In this document: piece by piece, positions 58,241 to 64,000 of the stretch
How positions within the stretch are numbered: the first letter of the stretch is position 1
Layout: each line of letters starts with the position of its first letter
From: the human T2T-CHM13v2.0 reference genome, Homo sapiens
Assembly (NCBI RefSeq): GCF_009914755.1
Contig: NC_060941.1
Strand: one strand, 5' to 3'
Length of the DNA stretch: 64,000 nucleotides
The notes under the pieces: generated by a model
What the model was told of the DNA's origin: nothing
Databases searched by the model: none
Seen by the model: only the letters and a program-made list of their open reading frames with translations
Position numbers and translations under genes: made by a program

Positions 58241-58810
58241 GACAAGCTGAGGGCCCATCATTAGACTATTATAATTAATATAATATAATGAGTGATGGAC
58301 TCATGAAACAAGGTAGAGACAAGTCAGAGGTAGAGTGCCTGACACATAGTAGGGCTCAAGAAATAGCTAATGAATTGAAAAAAATGAATCACTGAATAAA
58401 GGAAAGTCTTAGTGTTGAAGGAATGCTTGGGCAGTGATCCAAGCAGGAGAGTCAATAGGAGCGGGAGCGCTGGGAAAGCGCTCTTGAAGAAGAGTTTCCA
58501 CCATTCAGAGAATGAGGGTTCAAAGTCTGAAGTGGGTTGTATCTCAAGAATTGACCTGAGAGAGGCTGTAGCAAGGCGAGGCTAGGGTTGTGGCACAAGT
58601 CTAAGTTCTTTCATATTTGTGAGGGAGTGAAAAACTCAACCAAAGGGAGTCGGGTAGCCCTGGCTGCCCCTTCAGTCAGGAAGGTGTCACGGAAGCTCTG
58701 AACCCAATGTTTCTCTCCACATCTACTTTCCAACCTCCATCTCTGCTTTCCAAACTGCACCCCTGAGAAGGAGTAAGAACCAGCTGGGGAAAAGCCAACT
58801 CAGGAGCCTA

Positions 58811-58989
58811 CCTACCTCTTACTAATCCTTCAATATCAGCTTAAAACTCACGTCACCAGGGAGACATTTCTCAGCCCCAGAGGAGGCTGGTCCCCCACTG
58901 TCAGAACCCCATAGCAGTTTCTCCTCCTAACAGTCAGCACACTTGCAGCCATGTGTTCAATGCCTGCCCCTACCCCAGAATGCAAGCCC
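58811..58989 (+). repeat. Dispersed direct copy of L2 segment 62981-63125
   Basis: Exact 26-mer tccttcaatatcagcttaaaactcac at 58826 and 63000; tcagcacacttgcagcca...gttcaatgcctgccccta also shared. Confidence 0.9.
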
Positions 58990-59623
58990 ATGAACAAGTC
59001 CAGTTCTGTGGGTCTGCCAAATACCATCTGAGATTCTCAAGTACTGACATCATGGCAGATCTTGACCTGGTCCCCAGCTAGATGAGCCTGCTCCTTTTGG
59101 TTCTGATGGCATATGCCTCACTCATCCTACAGCTCCTGAGAGCTGGGACAGTTGCCTACCTCTGCAAGTAGCGAGGCTTCTGTAGAGAGGCAGGGGATAG
59201 CTGCTCTGTGGCCACCTGGCCATGGGCCTGGCAGCTGCTGCCCTGACTGCTCACCTGGCTCTGACAATCAGAATAATGGGGACTTATTGTCCCTTCTCTC
59301 TGCTAATCCTAGAGATGAGGGATGAGCATCTGGAAAAGCTCGTTTGGGGTTGGTAATCACCTCCAGGAGGGAATTCTCACACAACTTCTACCATGCCCCC
59401 ACTCATACACCTACCTGTCCCTACATATCCAAAGCTCTGAATTCGACTCTGACCCAGATGCTACAACTATCTTCTTTAATCCAGGTGCATTTCTGTCCAG
59501 GCAACCTCAAGCACAAAGGCGTAGAAGAGAAGAGAAGCAACATGCCCTTGGAGTCCACAGAATATGGAAACTAGCCTGACTGGAGTTGAAGGTCTCTTGA
59601 GGATTTATGTAGTAGGTACTTGC

Positions 59624-59984
59624 TGTATTAGTCTGTTCTCACACTGTTATAAGGACATATCTGAAACTGGGTAATTTATAAAGATAAGAGGTTTAATGCA
59701 CTCACAGTTCCACATGGCTGGGGAGGCCTCACAATCATGATAGAAGGCAAAGGAGTAACAAAGGCATATCATACATGGCAGCAGGCAAGAGAGTGTGTGC
59801 AGGGGAACTGCCCCTTATAAAACCATCAGATCTAATGAGACTTATTCTCTATCATGAGAATAGCATGGGAAAATCCACCACCATGATTCAATTACCTCCC
59901 ACCAGTTCTCTCCCATGACACGTGGGGATTATGGGAGCTACAATTCAAGATGAGATTTGGGTGGGGACACACCCAAACATATTA
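59624..59984 (-). mobile_element. THE1 (THE1C-like) LTR, the 3' LTR of the provirus
   Basis: tgtattagtctgttctcacactg...ctcacagttccacatggctggggaggcctcacaatcatg...gagatttgggtggggacaca. Confidence 0.95.
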
Positions 59985-61583
59985 TTCCACTCCTGGCCCC
60001 TCCCAAATCTCACGTCCTCACATTTCAAAACCAATCATGCCTTCCCAACAGTCCCCCAAAGTCTTAACTTATTTCAGCATTAACTCAGAAGTCCACAGTC
60101 CAAAGTCTCATCTAAGACAAGGCAAGTCCCTTCTGCCTATGAGCCTATAAAATCAAAAGCAAGTTAGTTACTTCCTAGATACAATAGGGGTAAAGGCATT
60201 GGGTAAATACACTCATTCCGAAAGGGAGAAATTGGCCTAAACAAAAGGGGCTACAGGCCCCATGCAAGTCCAAAATCTAATAGGGTAGTCATTAAACCTT
60301 AAAGTTCCAAAATGATCTACTTTGACTCCATGTCTCACATCCAGGTTATGCTGTTGCAAGAAGTGAGCTCCCACAGCCTTGGGCAGCTCCACCACTGTGG
60401 CTTTGCAGGTACAGCTATCCTCCTGGCTGCTTTAATGGCTGGCATTGAGTGTCTGTGGCTTTTCCAGGTGCACGATGCAAGCTGTAAGTGGATCGACCAT
60501 TCTGGAGGGGTCTGGGGTCTGGAGGATGGTGGTCCTCTTCTCACAGCTCCACTAGGCAGTGCCCCATTGGAAACTCTGTGTGGGGGGTCTAACCTCACAC
60601 TTCCCTTCTGCACTGCCTGAGCAGAGGTTCTCCATGAGGGCTCTGTCCCTGCAGCACACCTCTGCCTGGACATCTAGGCATTTCCATACATCTAGGAGGA
60701 GGTTCCCAAATCTCAATTCTTGTCTTCTGTGCACCCACAGGACCAACACCACATGGAAGCTGTCAAGGCTTGGGGCTTGTACCCTCTGAAGCAATGGCCT
60801 GAGCTGTACCTTGGCTCCTTTTAACCATGGCTGGAGCTGAAGCAGCTGGTATGCAGGGCACCATGTCCAGAGGCTGCACACTGAAGGGGGGGTCTTGGAC
60901 CCAGCCCATGAAAGCATTTTTCCTCCTAGACCTCCCAGCCTGTGATGGGAGTGGCTGCCACAAACGTCTCTGATACACCCTGGAGACATTTTCCCTGTTG
61001 TCTTGGTGATTAACATTTGGCTCCTCATTACTTATGCAAATTTCTGCAGCTGGCTTGAATTTCTCCCCAGAAGATGGGTTTTTCTTTTCTACTGCATGGT
61101 CAGGCTGCAAATTTTCCAAACTTTTATACTCTGTCACCTCTCCAGTGCTTTGCTGCTTAGAAATTTCTTCCACCAGGTACCCTAAATCATCTCTCTCAAG
61201 TTTAAAATTCCACAGATCTCTAGGGCAGGGACAAAATGCCACCAGTCTCTTTGCAAAAAGCATAACAAGAGTGACCTTGGCTCCAGTTCCTAAGTTCCTC
61301 ATCTCCATCTGAGACCACCTCAGCCTGGACTTTATTGTCCATAACGCTATCAGTATTTTGGTCAAAGCCATTCAACAAGACTCTAGGAAGTTCCAAACTT
61401 TCCCACATTTTCATGTCTTCTGAGCCCTCCAAGTCTCTAGGAAGCTCCAAACTTTCCCACATTTTCCTATCTTCTTCAGAGCCCTCCAAACTGTTTCAAC
61501 CTCTGCCTGTTACTCAGTTCCAAAGTTGCCTCCACATCTGTGGGTATCTTTACAGTAGCACCCTACTCCTGGTACCAATTTAC
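59985..61583 (-). mobile_element. THE1 internal region (non-autonomous MaLR)
   Basis: Polypurine tract (plus ttccactcctggcccc) next to the LTR; 1.6-kb body; ends ggtaccaatttac. Confidence 0.93.
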
Positions 61584-62129
61584 CGTATTAATCAGGGTTC
61601 TCTAGAGGAACAGAACTAATAGGATAGATGTATATATGAAGGAGAGTTTATTAAGGAGCATTGACTCAGACAATCACAAGGTGAAGTCCCACAATAGGCT
61701 ATCTGCAAGCTGAGGATCAAGGAAGCCAGTCTGAGTTCCAAAATCTCAAAAGTAGGGAAGCTAACAGTACAGCCTTCAGTCTGTTGCCAAAGGCCTGAGA
61801 GCCCCTGGCTGACCACTGGTGTAAGTCCAAGAGTCCAAAAGCTGAAGAACTTTGAGTCTGATGTTCAAGGGCAGGAAGCATCCAGCATGGGAGAAAGATA
61901 AAGGCTGGAAGACTCAGCAAGGCAAGTCCTTCCAGCTTCTTCCTGCCTTATTCTAGCCATGCTGGCAGCTGACTAGATGGCGCCCACTCAGATTGAAGGT
62001 TGGTCTGCCTCTCCCAGTCCACTGACTCAAATGTTAATCTCCTTTGGCAACACCTTGACACACATACCCAGGAACAATACTTTTCATCCTTCAATCCGAT
62101 CAAGTTGACACTCAATATTAACCATCATG
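61584..62129 (-). mobile_element. MLT2A (MLT2A2-like, ERV-L) LTR in the 5' LTR position of the THE1 provirus
   Basis: gtattaatcagggttctctagaggaacagaactaatagga...caagttgacactcaatattaaccatca; 546 bp. Confidence 0.93.
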
Positions 62130-62134
62130 CCTGC

Positions 62135-62673
62135 TGTTCTTGCATATGGTGTTCCAGCACTCATTCCTCAATTTTCTAGTGATAGAGCCCAATGTCTCCT
62201 TTTTGTGGCCCACTGCTCTTCTACTCTTAGTCCATGGACTTTGCCTATGCTATTCACACTGCCTAGGTCCAGTGATGAGTGTGTGATCCAGCCTGACCCA
62301 TCAGCATAGTTCAACCTAGCTCCAGTTGTTGGTTTAGGAATGAGCATCTGACACCAGTGGGATACATTCAATCAATGACAAGGCTCTTAATGTAATTATT
62401 AGGGAAGTGTCACTGTCTTTCTCGTGTGGAAACTGCTGCAGTGAAGTGCTAGCCCGCAGCTGCCAGCAGCAACCTCTGTCTTCTCATGAGCAGAGCCTGA
62501 GAATGAAGCCAACACAGAGGATACCAGACCCAAGAGATGGAGAGGGACATTTGAGCCCCTAAATCTAGATCTGCCTGGATGCTTCAATCTTTGCACCAAT
62601 ACATTTCCTTTCTCTCAAACCACTTTGAGTTGTGTTTTCATTGCCAGAGATGGAAAGAATCCTGACTAATGTA
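62135..62673 (+). mobile_element. MaLR solo LTR (MLT1K-like)
   Basis: gagcctgagaatgaagccaacacagagg...tttgagcccctaaatcta...aaagaatcctgactaat. Confidence 0.7.
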
Positions 62674-62744
62674 CATACAGAAGTGAATGAGTTCCATGCC
62701 TAAATGCTTGACTGGAGATTGATCCTGGACCATTACACTCATGG

Positions 62745-63225
62745 AGAACTGTGAGCTCTGTTAAAACTCTTCAAAAGTTTCCTGTTGCTGTCAGGATATA
62801 ACCTCAACTCCTTAACCATGGTTTTAGAGCCTTCAATGATCAGGACCTTGCTGATCTCTGGCCTCATCCTGAAGCACTTTTCCTCCCAATTTATATTCTG
62901 GCCACACTGGATTTTCAGTTTCTAGAATGTACCATTGTCTCCTGCTTCTGGAATTTGTCCTCTTCCTTGAGCATGCTTCACCTACCTAAGTCCTACGATT
63001 CCTTCAATATCAGCTTAAAACTCACCCCATCACTGCCAGGGCTCCACAGCAGTTCCACCTTCTAACACTCAGCACACTTGCAGCCAGGCGTTCAATGCCT
63101 GCCCCTATCCCAGAATATAAGGCCCCGCGAGAGTCAGATCCGTGCTGCTCTAATCTCCACGCTATCACTAGGACATGAATAGAGACCCAACAAATAAATA
63201 TTTGTTGAATACCTGAATGAGATAA
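62745..63225 (+). mobile_element. L2 3' region
   Basis: ttaaaactcttcaaaagtttcctgttgctgtcaggata...aaatatttgttgaat. Confidence 0.8.
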
Positions 63226-64000
63226 ATAATGCAGGCAACCCTAAGTACGTGGAAGTGGAGGAGATCTAAATTAGGGCTGAGATCTGTGGGTCAGCCAGCT
63301 AGGCATGAGATGATCAACGCCCAGGCCAAGGTGGTAACTTTAGTAAGAGAAAGGCACAGGGAAGGGAAAGGAAGGAAAATCTATGTGGAAACTGAGAACA
63401 GAAGAACCAAAATAATTTGACCGGCTTTGACCAAAGCTAGAAAAAGAATCTCTAAAGAGACACCCAAGCCCATGAACCAAGTGCATAAGAGGAATGTGCA
63501 GCTATTGGCAGGGGCAGGGTCACTGCTTCAGGACACAGTTATGCTGCTTATGTAGGACAAAGCCTCAGCATTTTGCAGGACCCAGCAGGGATAACAGGGG
63601 CAGAAGATAGGCCCTTAACAGGTGGATCCTGAACAGGTCCATCACAGTTGGTGGTTGGAGGCTAGAATAGAGCAGAGAGCTTAGCCCGAGCTTATGTCCC
63701 CGGGAATTGAGAGAGTATCATGGGAAATTCTGCCCTCCAACTCCACCTGGCTGAAGCTGAGCTGCATAGTAATGGGTGCTCCTCAAACAAGGTGCCTGCA
63801 TCGTCCTCACAGGGGCAGCCAAAGAGGTGTTTACTGTTTGGATTTTCTCTCCAGAGCAGACTTGCTGTTCTGGGAAGATCACGGAGTGATTTGCATAATT
63901 GCCTTCTCAGGTGATGATTGCTCAGACCAAGGAAGAATTTCAAAAAGCCCACCTGCTTGCCTTGCTGGGTAGCATAAGGGACATATTTGGGAGGGAGGAA

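Noticed and set aside
60312-61489. Cluster of 60-202 aa ORFs
   Set aside because: All lie in the THE1 internal region; decayed MaLR sequence, not a host gene.

Overview
Primate (human-like) non-coding genomic DNA, intergenic or deep intronic; I cannot place it on a chromosome. I found no credible protein-coding gene, RNA gene or CRISPR-type array. The listed ORFs are chance ORFs or read through Alu, L1 and MaLR sequence. Recognisable repeats include 12 Alus (J, S and Y classes), a 5'-truncated old L1PA, L1M, L2 and MIR fragments, DNA-transposon MITEs (MER5, MER33, MER58, Tigger4) and LTR elements (solo LTR2, MLT1s, LTR33, LTR41/50-like). Two things stand out. (1) A THE1 MaLR provirus has an ERV-L MLT2A LTR as its 5' LTR, joined exactly at the LTR/primer-binding-site boundary and bounded by one near-matching 5-bp target-site duplication (TSD). 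(2) There are seven short (70-290 bp) non-tandem local duplications of different ages, including an inverted triplication of an L2 segment. Repeat subfamily names come from recalled consensus sequences, and the boundaries of old elements are approximate.
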